DNA of 64,000 nt from a virus (Duplodnaviria > Caudoviricetes): positions 1 through 64,000 of the IMG/VR virus record IMGVR_UViG_3300020414_000007, one strand, 5' to 3'. The position numbers were made by a program, and so were the translations under genes. This document shows positions 28,941-38,862 of this stretch, in pieces. The notes below the pieces were generated by a model. That model was not told where the DNA came from. It did no database searches and saw only the letters and a program-made list of their open reading frames with translations. Position 1 is the first letter of the stretch; each line of letters opens with the position of its first letter.

Positions 28941-30029
28941 ATGACTTTCGCACCACACCCTGTGACAACCGACGACATCATCAACTTCCTCACTGCTGAG
29001 CATGGTGAAGAAGTAGGCGTCCCTCAACTGGTAGGTGCTGCTGATCACTTCGGATGCTCTCTTGCTACTGTTAAGAAGCGTCTTAAGAATCACAAGTCTG
29101 GTCTTGGTAAGTGGAATCTTACCGTCGCAGAAAAACTTGAGAAGACATTCAAAGCACCCGCTGCTCAACCCGCACCTTCCGTGAATTTGGTCCCCGCAAA
29201 GAATCCCAACTATGTACCTTTTGGCAACTTTGCAGATCTTAAGAAGATCATTAAATCCAAAATTTTCTACCCTGCGTTTATTACTGGACTATCTGGAAAC
29301 GGTAAAACTTTCGGAGTCGAGCAAGCATGTGCAGCGCTAAATAGAGAGTTGATCCGTGTAAATATCACCGTTGAAACCGACGAAGATGATCTTATTGGTG
29401 GTTTCCGTCTTGTTGATGGTAACACTGTTTGGCACAACGGACCTGTCATCGAAGCTCTTGAGAGGGGAGCTGTGCTGCTTCTAGACGAGATTGACCTTGC
29501 TTCTAACAAGATCCTCTGCCTTCAGTCTATCCTTGAAGGTAATGGAGTCTTCCTTAAGAAGATCGGTCGTCAGGTATATCCTGCTGCAGGTTTTACTGTC
29601 ATCGCTACTGCTAACACCAAAGGTAAGGGCAGTGATGACGGACGTTTCATCGGCACCAACGTGCTCAACGAAGCATTCCTAGAGCGTTTCCCTGTTACTT
29701 TCGAGCAAGAGTATCCCTCAGTCAATATTGAGACCAAGATGCTCAATAACTACTGTGCTGAGTTGGAGTGCTGTGATGATGACTACATCAAGAATCTTGT
29801 CAACTGGGCAGACATCATCCGTAAGACATTTAATGAGGGTGGTATTGATGAAATCATCAGCACCCGCCGTCTTGTGCACATCATCCGTGCATACAGCATC
29901 TTCTCTGATCGTGTGAAGGCAATCAAGGTTTGCTTGAATCGTTTCGATGATGAGACTAAGCAATCATTCCTTGAGTTGTATGATAAAATTGACGGTGACG
30001 TAAGTGTTGACAACAACCTAGGTCTTTGA
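28941..30029 (+). CDS. cobS: CobS/MoxR-type AAA+ ATPase
   Basis: GLSGNGKT, LLLDEID, TANTKG, NEAFLERF. Confidence 0.9.
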   Translation: MTFAPHPVTTDDIINFLTAEHGEEVGVPQLVGAADHFGCSLATVKKRLKNHKSGLGKWNLTVAEKLEKTFKAPAAQPAPSVNLVPAKNPNYVPFGNFADLKKIIKSKIFYPAFITGLSGNGKTFGVEQACAALNRELIRVNITVETDEDDLIGGFRLVDGNTVWHNGPVIEALERGAVLLLDEIDLASNKILCLQSILEGNGVFLKKIGRQVYPAAGFTVIATANTKGKGSDDGRFIGTNVLNEAFLERFPVTFEQEYPSVNIETKMLNNYCAELECCDDDYIKNLVNWADIIRKTFNEGGIDEIISTRRLVHIIRAYSIFSDRVKAIKVCLNRFDDETKQSFLELYDKIDGDVSVDNNLGL

Positions 30030-30035
30030 TATCAT
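30007..30035 (+). promoter_or_regulatory. sigma70 promoter
   Basis: TTGACA-17-TATCAT. Confidence 0.7.
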
Positions 30036-30058
30036 ATAAATTAACCACCGACTTCATT

Positions 30059-30346
30059 ATGGCAAACAAATACAATGAAGATGCGATCATCACAGAGTTG
30101 AAAGAGTATATTACGGATACCTACAGGGCACACTACTCTAGTGGTCCTGAGGGTATCCAAACTCTTGATCTCATCAATGCTTGTGGTGACGCTGAGGCAT
30201 TCTGCAGGAGTAACATCCTAAAGTATGCCTCTCGTTATGACAAGAAAGGCACCGCTAGACGTGATCTACTTAAGGTGCTACACTATGCAGTGTTGCTGAT
30301 CTACTTCAGCGACCAATCAGTATCCCGCGAATCTTATCCTCAATAA
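30059..30346 (+). CDS. DUF3310-like hypothetical protein
   Basis: HYS...FCRSNILKYASRYDKKG...DLLKVLHY. Confidence 0.75.
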   Translation: MANKYNEDAIITELKEYITDTYRAHYSSGPEGIQTLDLINACGDAEAFCRSNILKYASRYDKKGTARRDLLKVLHYAVLLIYFSDQSVSRESYPQ

Positions 30347-30347
30347 T

Positions 30348-31085
30348 ATGGCAAACCTGTCCCAAACAACTGATTTTGAAACACTCAAGTTGCGTAAAAG
30401 CACCATTGAGTATCTTAAAAACTTCGCTACTATCAACAAGTCCATTGTTATTCGTGCAGGACGTGTCTTGAGCACCATGTCTGTTAGTAAGAGCATCATC
30501 TCCGTGTGTGGAATGAATGATGTTTTCCCTGCTGACATGGCAATCTATGATCTTCCTCTCTTTCTCGGTGCTCTGAGTCTGTTTGACGATCCTGTCCTTG
30601 GATTTGTTGATGATAAGAAGGTATTGATCTTCGATGAGAAGACCAAGGCGAAGACCACATACTACTACAGTGACCCTGAAATGATTGTCACTGTGCCTAA
30701 AGAATTCAATCTTGATCTCCCTGACGTGGACTTCAACTTTGATCTTCCTGCTGATGATCTTGCCAAACTTCTGAAGGCAGCAGCAGTATATGGTGTTGAA
30801 GATATCTGTATCACTGGTTATAAAGGTGAATACAGCATCTGTGTGAAGGACCGTAAGAATCAATCTTCTAATGTCTTCTCACTTCCACTGCAGAATGTGG
30901 CACTCAACACTGCGAATAGCAACGTTGTGCTTTCTGAAGATGAGATCTGTTACTGTCTGAAGGTAGAGAATCTTAAGATTATTCCTGGTAGTTATCACGT
31001 TACGATCTCTACTCGTAATGCCTCCTGCTGGATGGCAACTGGTCACTCCCACCTGTCCTACTACATCGCACTCGAGCCTAATTGA
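30348..31085 (+). CDS. g45: sliding clamp
   Basis: LKNFATINKSI, IYDL..FL, LKVENLKIIPGSY. Confidence 0.9.
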   Translation: MANLSQTTDFETLKLRKSTIEYLKNFATINKSIVIRAGRVLSTMSVSKSIISVCGMNDVFPADMAIYDLPLFLGALSLFDDPVLGFVDDKKVLIFDEKTKAKTTYYYSDPEMIVTVPKEFNLDLPDVDFNFDLPADDLAKLLKAAAVYGVEDICITGYKGEYSICVKDRKNQSSNVFSLPLQNVALNTANSNVVLSEDEICYCLKVENLKIIPGSYHVTISTRNASCWMATGHSHLSYYIALEPN

Positions 31086-32026
31086 TGAATACGTTTCTTT
31101 GGGTTGAAAAATATCGTCCACAGTCTATTGATGAATGCATCCTTCCTGACAGCACCAAAGAAATCTTCAAAGGATTCCTGCAACAAGGTGAGATTCCAAA
31201 TCTTCTGCTTGCGGGGTCTGCTGGTGTTGGAAAAACTACGGTTGCGAAAGCACTTTGTGAGGAGTTGGGATCAGATTATCTGGTTATCAATGGGTCCGAC
31301 GAGGGTCGCTTCTTGGATACGGTCAGGAATCAGTGCAAAGCTTTTGCGTCTACAGTTTCACTTTATTCGGAGAGCAAACACAAGATCATCATTGTAGATG
31401 AGGCAGACAATACTACCCCTGATGTGCAACTGCTCCTTAGGGCAACCATCGAAGAGTTTCAGAGGAATTGTAGATTCATTTTTACTTGTAACTACAAGAA
31501 TAAGATCATCTCTCCCCTTCACTCTCGATGCTCTGTAGTAGAATTCTCTCTCAAGGGTAAAGAGAAACAGTCTATGGCAGCAAACTTCTTCAATAGAGTG
31601 AAGGAGATCCTAGGTAATGAGAATGTAGACTACGAACCTAAGGTTGTTGCTGAAGTCCTGCAGAAATATTTCCCTGATTTCCGTCGCACACTCAATGAGT
31701 TGCAACGTTATTCATCTACAGGTAAGATTGATACTGGTATCCTTGGTGTTGCTAATGATATTCAGATTTCTAATCTAGTTAAGTATCTTCGTGGTAAAGA
31801 GTTTACCAACATGAAGAAGTGGGTTACACAGAATCTTGACAATGAACCTCAGGCAATCATGAGAAAGATCTATGATAACCTTTATAACTATCTACAACCC
31901 AAATCTATTCCTGAGGCGGTGTTAGTTATCTCTGAGTATCAATACAAGTCTGGTTTTGTGGTTGATCAAGAGATTAATATGGTTGCGTTTTTGACTGAGT
32001 TAATGATGAGGTGTGAATATAAATGA
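31082..32026 (+). CDS. g44: clamp loader large subunit
   Basis: WVEKYRP, GVGKTT, DEAD, SRC. Confidence 0.96.
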   Translation: MMNTFLWVEKYRPQSIDECILPDSTKEIFKGFLQQGEIPNLLLAGSAGVGKTTVAKALCEELGSDYLVINGSDEGRFLDTVRNQCKAFASTVSLYSESKHKIIIVDEADNTTPDVQLLLRATIEEFQRNCRFIFTCNYKNKIISPLHSRCSVVEFSLKGKEKQSMAANFFNRVKEILGNENVDYEPKVVAEVLQKYFPDFRRTLNELQRYSSTGKIDTGILGVANDIQISNLVKYLRGKEFTNMKKWVTQNLDNEPQAIMRKIYDNLYNYLQPKSIPEAVLVISEYQYKSGFVVDQEINMVAFLTELMMRCEYK

Positions 32027-32700
32027 GTAGATCGCCAAATGCCCAACGATTAGTCCCATGTATGCCACCTTTGTTGGAAGAGGAAACTATACCTCTCCGT
32101 AGAGAAGATGGATCAACTAAGTTTGGTGGGAATGCTTGTGAGGATCTTGTAAAGGTATTTTTTCTCTCACAAGGTATCAATGTTGCAACGCCTCTTGTTG
32201 ATGAAGGTGCTGATTTGCTCATTGAGAAACCAGAAGGTTGGGTACGAGGTCAGGTAAAGAAAGTTGTCTATCAATCTCAACTAGACTATGGGATGAATCA
32301 AAGAAGCGGAGTTAGAGTTTATCGATCTCGATACAATTTTAACTTTCAAGGTGGTGGAGCAACTGCACCACATTTGAAGAATGGAAGAAGGCAGAGAGGT
32401 CCAGAAAATGTTGACTACTTCTACCATGTGCTTATGACAAAATACCGACAGTTGATTTGGGAAACTCCTGTAAGTATGATACCTCTTCGTAAAGATGGGA
32501 AGTTTATACACGGTAAATGTCCAAATCTAGATAGAGATAATTGGAAGAGAAAACCAGCAGATATTGATTTTAAGAAACTGTTGTTGTATAGTAGATACGA
32601 TCCAATCATTTTTAAGCATCATTCTGAGTTTTTCTTGAAACCAGAAAGAGGATCTTTAGATAATCTTTTCGTGAGTGACACAAATGAAAAAGCAAGTTAA
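32023..32700 (+). CDS. PD-(D/E)XK endonuclease, homing-endonuclease-like
   Basis: G..CE..V...F...G..V..P.VDEGADLLI....RGQVK pattern. Confidence 0.65.
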   Translation: MSRSPNAQRLVPCMPPLLEEETIPLRREDGSTKFGGNACEDLVKVFFLSQGINVATPLVDEGADLLIEKPEGWVRGQVKKVVYQSQLDYGMNQRSGVRVYRSRYNFNFQGGGATAPHLKNGRRQRGPENVDYFYHVLMTKYRQLIWETPVSMIPLRKDGKFIHGKCPNLDRDNWKRKPADIDFKKLLLYSRYDPIIFKHHSEFFLKPERGSLDNLFVSDTNEKAS

Positions 32701-32893
32701 GTCTAGTTACTATTATTATTTCTGGGGTGCTGCTACTATTGCAGTAGTCTTTGGTCAGATCTACGTCGGGAGTGGATATCGCAAACTGCATTACTCTCTT
32801 GAGTCCTTGATCAACAAAGTTGATGGAGTCCTCTTGCATAAGTCTGATGCAACACAAGGTTGGGGCACAATGTATATCGATGAAAGTAAATAA
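32684..32893 (+). CDS. small membrane protein
   Basis: FWGAATIAVVFGQIYVGSGYR. Confidence 0.6.
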   Translation: MKKQVKSSYYYYFWGAATIAVVFGQIYVGSGYRKLHYSLESLINKVDGVLLHKSDATQGWGTMYIDESK

Positions 32894-33482
32894 ACTATAC
32901 CCAGTAGATGTATTTGAATTCCAGTTTTCCACTGAGGAAGACTGGGTTTCTCATGTACAGAAACAAAAATTAGATCAGAGGAATGAGACTGGCATTCTTA
33001 ATACATGGTTGGAGTTACATAAGCTCGAAGCATTCGAACCTATGGTAGACTTCTTTCATGAATGTCTTGATGAGATTCAAGATACTTGGAATTATGACTG
33101 TGATGGTTTCAAGGTTACGTCCATGTGGGCAAACTATTATCGTCCTGGCGTGAGGCACACAGCACATAGACATGCTAACTCTTACTGGAGTGGTATTCTA
33201 TACCTCACAGACGGTGCACCTACGGTCTTTTATGACCCTATTCAGATGCGATCCTTTGGTCAGTTTGAGTTGTATACTAAACCAACTATCTCTACAGAAG
33301 GATTCAATCAGAATGCTCCTGTATTTGAAACAATCTCTGCTGAAGCAGGTAAATGTATCATCTTCCCTAGTTGGTTTGTGCATGACACAGCATATGCTGA
33401 GGAAGATAGATATACTGTAAGTTTCAATGCTTTACCCACTGGCCGAATTAATGATGGTATTGCTAACATAAGAGTATTATGA
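32880..33482 (+). CDS. 2OG-Fe(II) oxygenase
   Basis: MWAN, HRHANSYWSGILY, FPSWFVH, RYTVSFN. Confidence 0.88.
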   Translation: MKVNKLYPVDVFEFQFSTEEDWVSHVQKQKLDQRNETGILNTWLELHKLEAFEPMVDFFHECLDEIQDTWNYDCDGFKVTSMWANYYRPGVRHTAHRHANSYWSGILYLTDGAPTVFYDPIQMRSFGQFELYTKPTISTEGFNQNAPVFETISAEAGKCIIFPSWFVHDTAYAEEDRYTVSFNALPTGRINDGIANIRVL

Positions 33483-34093
33483 AAAAAGAATCTATCTTTC
33501 CCGTAGAGATCTATGAATTCTACAACAAGGATGTTGCTGCTGAGTGCCTTAAGTTGTTTAAGGAAGAGCCTACTTGGAAGAATGATAACGTCCCTACAGG
33601 TGTAAAGACTTGTAAGTCTGTTGAAACTAATCCTAAGTATCAATTCATGATGGATTGGTTTCAGTCATGCTTTGATGAGATTGCTGAGGATCTGGCGCTG
33701 GAATGCGACTCTCTGAAGGCAAACAAAGCATGGGGTAACTGGTCTCCAGCATGGTCTGGGTGGTATCACAGTGCCCATAGACACGCTATGTCCTACTACA
33801 GCGGTGTCTTCTACCTTACAGACGGTCCTCCTACATACTTTGTAGACCCTGTGCAGCAACGTGAATGGGCACACCTCCACGTTGAGAGTAGGAAGGGTGC
33901 CACTACAGGTATTAGATCATATAGTATGGCAAAACCAGGTAGATTCGTTGTCTTTCCTGGTTGGTTGATCCACGGTAGTTTACCTAACAATGATCCTGAA
34001 GATCGTTACACCGTGGCATGTAATTCATTCCCTAGTGGTGAGATTAATCATGGTGGTGACACCTATATGTTGAAGTTAGAGGTATCTAAGTGA
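33479..34093 (+). CDS. 2OG-Fe(II) oxygenase
   Basis: HRHAMSYYSGVFY, FPGWLIH, RYTVACN. Confidence 0.88.
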   Translation: MKKESIFPVEIYEFYNKDVAAECLKLFKEEPTWKNDNVPTGVKTCKSVETNPKYQFMMDWFQSCFDEIAEDLALECDSLKANKAWGNWSPAWSGWYHSAHRHAMSYYSGVFYLTDGPPTYFVDPVQQREWAHLHVESRKGATTGIRSYSMAKPGRFVVFPGWLIHGSLPNNDPEDRYTVACNSFPSGEINHGGDTYMLKLEVSK

Positions 34094-34740
34094 AGTGGGG
34101 TAAAGATATAGATCTGTTTCCAGTAAAGGTTAGGACGTATCAGTCTAAGTTTGACTCAGACTTCTGGCCAATGTTGACAGATTGGTTGTTGGAGAATACA
34201 GAATTCAGGCAAAACAACTTCCCAGAAGGTGTAGAGACTTCATGGCCAATGTTGCAGACCATTGAAGAAGGTCCTATCTATGATCTCAAAGAGTTTTTCT
34301 ATGCGGCATTGACAGACTATCATTTACATCATAAACTACATTGTGATCAGTTAAAGATCTCTACTATGTGGGCAAATCGTGCCCCTGCAAGAAGTGGAGT
34401 GGGTCATCCTCTACACAGACATCCGATGTCTTACATCAGTGCTGTGTTTTATATCACAGAGGGTGCTCCTACTGTCTTCCATGACCCGTTGAGTCAGAGA
34501 AACTATGATTCTATGGAGGTTGTATCTGAGGTCATCAATGAAAATCATTATGGTCCTCATGCTGCAATCGATGCAGAGCCTGGTAAACTGATTCTCTTCC
34601 CCTCATGGTTGATGCATCAGTCAGATAGACACCTAGAAGACTATGATAGGTGGACTATCTCATTCAATGCACTGCCTACAGGCAAAGTAAATATTGGACC
34701 ATGGGACGAACCTATGGCATACATGGATCTTACAAAATGA
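34090..34740 (+). CDS. 2OG-Fe(II) oxygenase
   Basis: HRHPMSYISAVFY, FPSWLMH, RWTISFN. Confidence 0.88.
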   Translation: MKWGKDIDLFPVKVRTYQSKFDSDFWPMLTDWLLENTEFRQNNFPEGVETSWPMLQTIEEGPIYDLKEFFYAALTDYHLHHKLHCDQLKISTMWANRAPARSGVGHPLHRHPMSYISAVFYITEGAPTVFHDPLSQRNYDSMEVVSEVINENHYGPHAAIDAEPGKLILFPSWLMHQSDRHLEDYDRWTISFNALPTGKVNIGPWDEPMAYMDLTK

Positions 34741-35585
34741 AGTATTTGAAAACTCCTCTTCGTTATCCTGGCGGTAAGTCAAGGGTAGCACCTAAACTAA
34801 TTGACAAGTTTCCGAAAGATATTGGTGAGTTTCGCGAGCCCTTCCTTGGTGGAGGATCAGTCGCTCTCCTTTTCTCTCAGAAATATCCTCATATCCCTGT
34901 GTGGGTAAATGACAAGTATGAATACCTTTACCACTTCTGGATCAATCTCCAAAAGAATGGTGATGATCTATCTGATGCGTTGGTTGAAGCTAAAGAAAAC
35001 AACCTCACCGAAGATCTCGCCAGAGAGTTATTTAAGTCTGCTAAAGAAAGTATATCCGAAGCAAACTCTTTTGATAAAGCTGTGCTTTTTTGGATTCTTA
35101 ATAAGTGTTCTTATAGCGGGTTGACAGAAAACTCTTCCTTCTCTGCTACAGCATCACGTCAAAACTTTACCACTCGTGGTGCACGAAACCTGAAGGATAT
35201 CTCTAAGGTAATTAAGAATTGGCACATCACTAACCTTGATTACACTGATGTGATGAATGATGCAGAGAGTGAGCGTAACAATGTATTTGTATTTTTAGAT
35301 CCTCCATACAAAATCAAATCATTTTTGTATGGCACTGATGCTAAGATGCATAAAGATTTTAATCATAAGGACTTTGTAGAGAATTGTAAGATCTGTCCTT
35401 GGGATTGGATGGTAACGTATAATAATGATGATGAATTAAAGGAAGCATATCAAGACTTCCACCAAGAGATCTTCAAGATCACATATGGTATGAAACATCG
35501 AGCAGATAATAAGAATAAAACTGAATTGCTAGTTGCTAACTACGACCTTTATCCCCCTTCACCTCTGGAGCTTCTTTCGGTATGA
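34737..35585 (+). CDS. dam: DNA adenine methyltransferase
   Basis: RYPGGKS, EPFLGGGS, DPPY. Confidence 0.93.
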   Translation: MKYLKTPLRYPGGKSRVAPKLIDKFPKDIGEFREPFLGGGSVALLFSQKYPHIPVWVNDKYEYLYHFWINLQKNGDDLSDALVEAKENNLTEDLARELFKSAKESISEANSFDKAVLFWILNKCSYSGLTENSSFSATASRQNFTTRGARNLKDISKVIKNWHITNLDYTDVMNDAESERNNVFVFLDPPYKIKSFLYGTDAKMHKDFNHKDFVENCKICPWDWMVTYNNDDELKEAYQDFHQEIFKITYGMKHRADNKNKTELLVANYDLYPPSPLELLSV

Positions 35586-35971
35586 GTCATGAGATCCCCC
35601 TTAAAGATTATCTCAACAGTATCAATCTAAAGCAGGGCGATCTCACTACCGATGAGAGAGCGATGAAGAAATATCCTGCGTATGTTATCAACAAATGCCT
35701 AGCACAACACCTTGATACGGTGATGTATGCTAATGCTATGAATGGTTGTCCCTATCTTGATAATGACCTTCAATATCAATTTTTCCTATATAGTATCAGG
35801 AAATCTAAAAGATTTTCTCCTTGGGATAAAAAAGAAAAGAATCACGACATAGATCTCGTGAAGCAATATTATGGCTACAATACTGAGAAAGCTCAGCAGG
35901 CTATGAGAATCTTGACTAAGGAGCAGATTGAAGTTATTAAATCAAAACTTGATGTCGGAGGAAAAAGATGA
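35582..35971 (+). CDS. g62: clamp loader small subunit
   Basis: YLNSIN, KRFSPW, KQYYGY. Confidence 0.9.
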   Translation: MSHEIPLKDYLNSINLKQGDLTTDERAMKKYPAYVINKCLAQHLDTVMYANAMNGCPYLDNDLQYQFFLYSIRKSKRFSPWDKKEKNHDIDLVKQYYGYNTEKAQQAMRILTKEQIEVIKSKLDVGGKR

Positions 35972-36390
35972 GCGAGGAAATCGCATGGTCTCAGGAGGAT
36001 ATGTTGGAGGTTTCTCTTAAGGAACCTGATGACTTTCTTAAGGTTAGAGAGACACTTACCCGTATCGGTGTAGCATCCCGCAAAGAGCGTAAACTGTATC
36101 AATCCTGCCACATTCTTCATAAGCGTGGCAAGTATTACATCGTGCATTTCAAAGAGTTGTTTGCTCTTGATGGTAAGCCTGCAAATATTTCACTAAACGA
36201 TGTCCAACGTCGTAATCGTATTGCAAAACTCCTTAGTGATTGGGGTTTGATCTCTGTTGTTACAGAAGGTGAGCTAGATCTTGCTCCCCTTAATCAGATC
36301 AAAGTGCTTTCATTTAAGGATAAAGGCGAGTGGACGCTAGAAAGTAAGTATAATATCGGCAAGAAAAAGGTGGCAGCACCAGAGAGCTAA
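35968..36390 (+). CDS. regA: translational repressor RegA
   Basis: DFLKVRETLTRIG, LYQSCHILHK. Confidence 0.96.
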   Translation: MSEEIAWSQEDMLEVSLKEPDDFLKVRETLTRIGVASRKERKLYQSCHILHKRGKYYIVHFKELFALDGKPANISLNDVQRRNRIAKLLSDWGLISVVTEGELDLAPLNQIKVLSFKDKGEWTLESKYNIGKKKVAAPES

Positions 36391-36415
36391 ATAGCTCTGC
36401 CATATTAATTTTCCC

Positions 36416-36694
36416 ATGGAATCTTCCCCTAAAAAGGTTGAAGCCAAAAAGGATAAATTTGATTGGGCAGATGAAGGTCTGTCCGCATTGGTGCGAGTCG
36501 TTATTCTTTCGTGGTCTGCAGCAATTCTTACACTTAATTATGTAACTATTCCTGGCTTACAACAGAAGCAGATTGATCCAACTTTTATAGCCAGCGTGTT
36601 TACAGGAACGCTAGCTACTTTTGGGGTCCAAGCAGCTAAGAAGCGCGACGATGATAAACCTAAAGAGGAAAAGAAAGATGCAAAAACTGATTAA
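36416..36694 (+). CDS. two-TM small membrane protein (holin-like topology)
   Basis: Two hydrophobic helices, highly charged C-terminus; late promoter CTAAATA at 36387. Confidence 0.7.
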   Translation: MESSPKKVEAKKDKFDWADEGLSALVRVVILSWSAAILTLNYVTIPGLQQKQIDPTFIASVFTGTLATFGVQAAKKRDDDKPKEEKKDAKTD

Positions 36695-36953
36695 TGTTTT
36701 AGCAGTGCTATCATTTGTTGGCACAGCAGGTATCGTAGGCGGTGGTGCTTACGTTTACCTTAATAGAGAAGCACTTGCAGAGAGTGCTAGAGAAAGGGTT
36801 ACAGAAGCAGTGATGGATGCTGTTACTGGAGCACTACCTGGATTGGTAAGTGGTGCGATGCCTGAATTGCCTGATGTAACTGGTGGGGCAATTCCTAGTG
36901 CACCTGCAGGTGCAGCTGGTGGCGCTATCACTGGTGGCGCTATCCCCTTCTAA
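36678..36953 (+). CDS. membrane-anchored Gly/Pro-rich protein
   Basis: N-terminal TM segment, PELPDVTGG tail. Confidence 0.7.
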   Translation: MQKLINVLAVLSFVGTAGIVGGGAYVYLNREALAESARERVTEAVMDAVTGALPGLVSGAMPELPDVTGGAIPSAPAGAAGGAITGGAIPF

Positions 36954-37720
36954 TGGAGATCAAACCGATAGGCGTGGACAATATTAATGTCCTGCCTATC
37001 CCTACAGCTCTTACTGAAGCACCTCAAGCAATTCCCCCATCAGCACCAGTCACTGTGGATATTGGTGTACCAGTTGTCAATATCCCTGGCTGTGTTGAAG
37101 CGCACGAGGTAAACAATAAGAGTAAAAAAATTGGTATAGACGATGAGAATGGCACTATCACCCTGTGTGATGGTGGTGTCCCATCGTTCAATCCTATGAA
37201 TTATGATAAGGACGAGCTGAAGTTTGAATATAGTGCTGAAGTCCCACCTATTAAGACACCTGAAGCACCAACATCACCTGAGGTAAAGGCACCTGAGATC
37301 AAGCCAGTTACCGCTGAAACACCAGACTGTCCTACAGAGGCACAGCAACTAAAAGAACCTGTAGGGACCCTAGTAGACGCTGGTAAGAAGAAGATTGTTG
37401 AATATAGATTGGTCGGTCAAGAATGTATTCCGATCAAAGAAGAATTAGCAATACCTGATCAGATTATTAAGGCAATACCCTCAGCAGGACAGGTCACAAC
37501 CACTGCATCAATCGCTGTTGTGGCAACTGCAACTGCTGCTGCAACACCCTTCCTGTTGAAACTGGTAAAACCTATAGTCAAACAGATAATTAAAAAGATT
37601 AAAAAGGCAATAGGAAAGGAGCCCCCTAAGTTATCTCAGAATGAGCTCCAAACTAATAAGTATCGTGAGAAGAAAGGATTGCCTCCTTTCAAAATGCCTA
37701 AGAAAAAACCTAAGGGATAG
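36953..37720 (+). CDS. Pro-rich protein with C-terminal TM and basic tail
   Basis: PGCVEAH...CDG, two Cys pairs, TM IAVVATATAAATPFLL. Confidence 0.75.
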   Translation: MEIKPIGVDNINVLPIPTALTEAPQAIPPSAPVTVDIGVPVVNIPGCVEAHEVNNKSKKIGIDDENGTITLCDGGVPSFNPMNYDKDELKFEYSAEVPPIKTPEAPTSPEVKAPEIKPVTAETPDCPTEAQQLKEPVGTLVDAGKKKIVEYRLVGQECIPIKEELAIPDQIIKAIPSAGQVTTTASIAVVATATAAATPFLLKLVKPIVKQIIKKIKKAIGKEPPKLSQNELQTNKYREKKGLPPFKMPKKKPKG

Positions 37721-38408
37721 ATATTTCTTTTAGATCTTCTGCCGTCCCAGTAGCTTCAGTAACCACAGGTGCTTCGATCTTATGGACGTGTGGATGAGTA
37801 TGGCCAGGTGGATTATTAACTACTACATCTGCACACACAGAGTAATAAGGACTCTTAGGATGGAATTGAATTCCACGCAACATCAATTCGCCACAATTTT
37901 TTAGTCTCGCGATCTCAAAGTCGAGGCGCTTATTAGCAGTTAACTGTTGCTGTAGTGCAATTTGTGTTGCTGCTGCTTCTTTACATTGTTCTTGTAACTC
38001 TTTGTCCAATGGTTTGGACCATGTAGCAGAGAAACCAATACCTAGACTGTAATTATCTTTCTGTCCTGTCCTAGTAGGGACGTGATAGAGAATGTCACCT
38101 GGATTGTCGAGCGAGCCATCTTCATCTAGATCACGCATGTCGTACACAGGATCCATGTAGTAAGGTTCGTATGGCTTCTGTGCTGATGCTGATGCAGTGA
38201 CATACGGTGTAAAATTCATGGTGGGTCCTTGACACTGGATACCATTCCCGTATGTGTTAGTGATATATGGACCTTGTAAAACCTGAATTGCCTGGTTGGT
38301 CACTGAGCCTGAGCTATTTGCAATCGGACTTGCCGTTGCACTTACACCCCCTACAGTTTCCGCCAGAGTGGCAGGGGCAGTCGCAAGTGAAGTGATGCAT
38401 AGTGCTAT
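37710..38408 (-). CDS. exported protein, start codon uncertain (ATA 38408 or ATG 38570)
   Basis: Signal-like ALCITSLATAPATLA/ETV, beta-rich region then helical Cys-containing region. Confidence 0.7.
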   Translation of the reverse strand: MALCITSLATAPATLAETVGGVSATASPIANSSGSVTNQAIQVLQGPYITNTYGNGIQCQGPTMNFTPYVTASASAQKPYEPYYMDPVYDMRDLDEDGSLDNPGDILYHVPTRTGQKDNYSLGIGFSATWSKPLDKELQEQCKEAAATQIALQQQLTANKRLDFEIARLKNCGELMLRGIQFHPKSPYYSVCADVVVNNPPGHTHPHVHKIEAPVVTEATGTAEDLKEISIP

Positions 38409-38851
38409 TGGGTAAAGATACTTGTTGTGTCTGTTACGCTGGTGACCTCGGTCACCCTTTGAATAATTGTCTGCTGACTTAAACCAGGACCTGAATACGT
38501 TTCTGTGAACTGAAACGCTGCGCCTGGTGTTGTCTGTGTGAATTGAGGTTTGCTGGTTACTCCAGTCCATGATGATGTCACTCCATCAATAGTTACATTG
38601 TTAGTACCTGTGCCTGGTGTTAAATTACCAGAAGCGGTAACGCCTGAGCCAGTCACGGAATATTGATATCCTGTATTGTAGTCCATCGAATTTATTGTCT
38701 CGGTCACCTTTGAAGTGGTTTCCGTGTGGCTCGTCATCGAGCCCTGGGTAAAGTTTGGGACCACGGGGACCGCCTGGGCAGGAGCAAGTGTGGCAAATGC
38801 ACCCACCACATTTAGGACAGACCAAAGTATCGTCTTTCCAAAACGGGTCAT
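38405..38851 (-). CDS. exported Thr-rich beta protein
   Basis: Signal peptide ending AQA/VPVVPNF; SD TGAGG. Confidence 0.75.
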   Translation of the reverse strand: MTRFGKTILWSVLNVVGAFATLAPAQAVPVVPNFTQGSMTSHTETTSKVTETINSMDYNTGYQYSVTGSGVTASGNLTPGTGTNNVTIDGVTSSWTGVTSKPQFTQTTPGAAFQFTETYSGPGLSQQTIIQRVTEVTSVTDTTSIFTQ

Positions 38852-38862
38852 CGCGAACGTCC

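Noticed and set aside
28941-30029. cobS as evidence of phage cobalamin synthesis
   Set aside because: No other cob genes in the window; the AAA/vWA context fits a MoxR-type system
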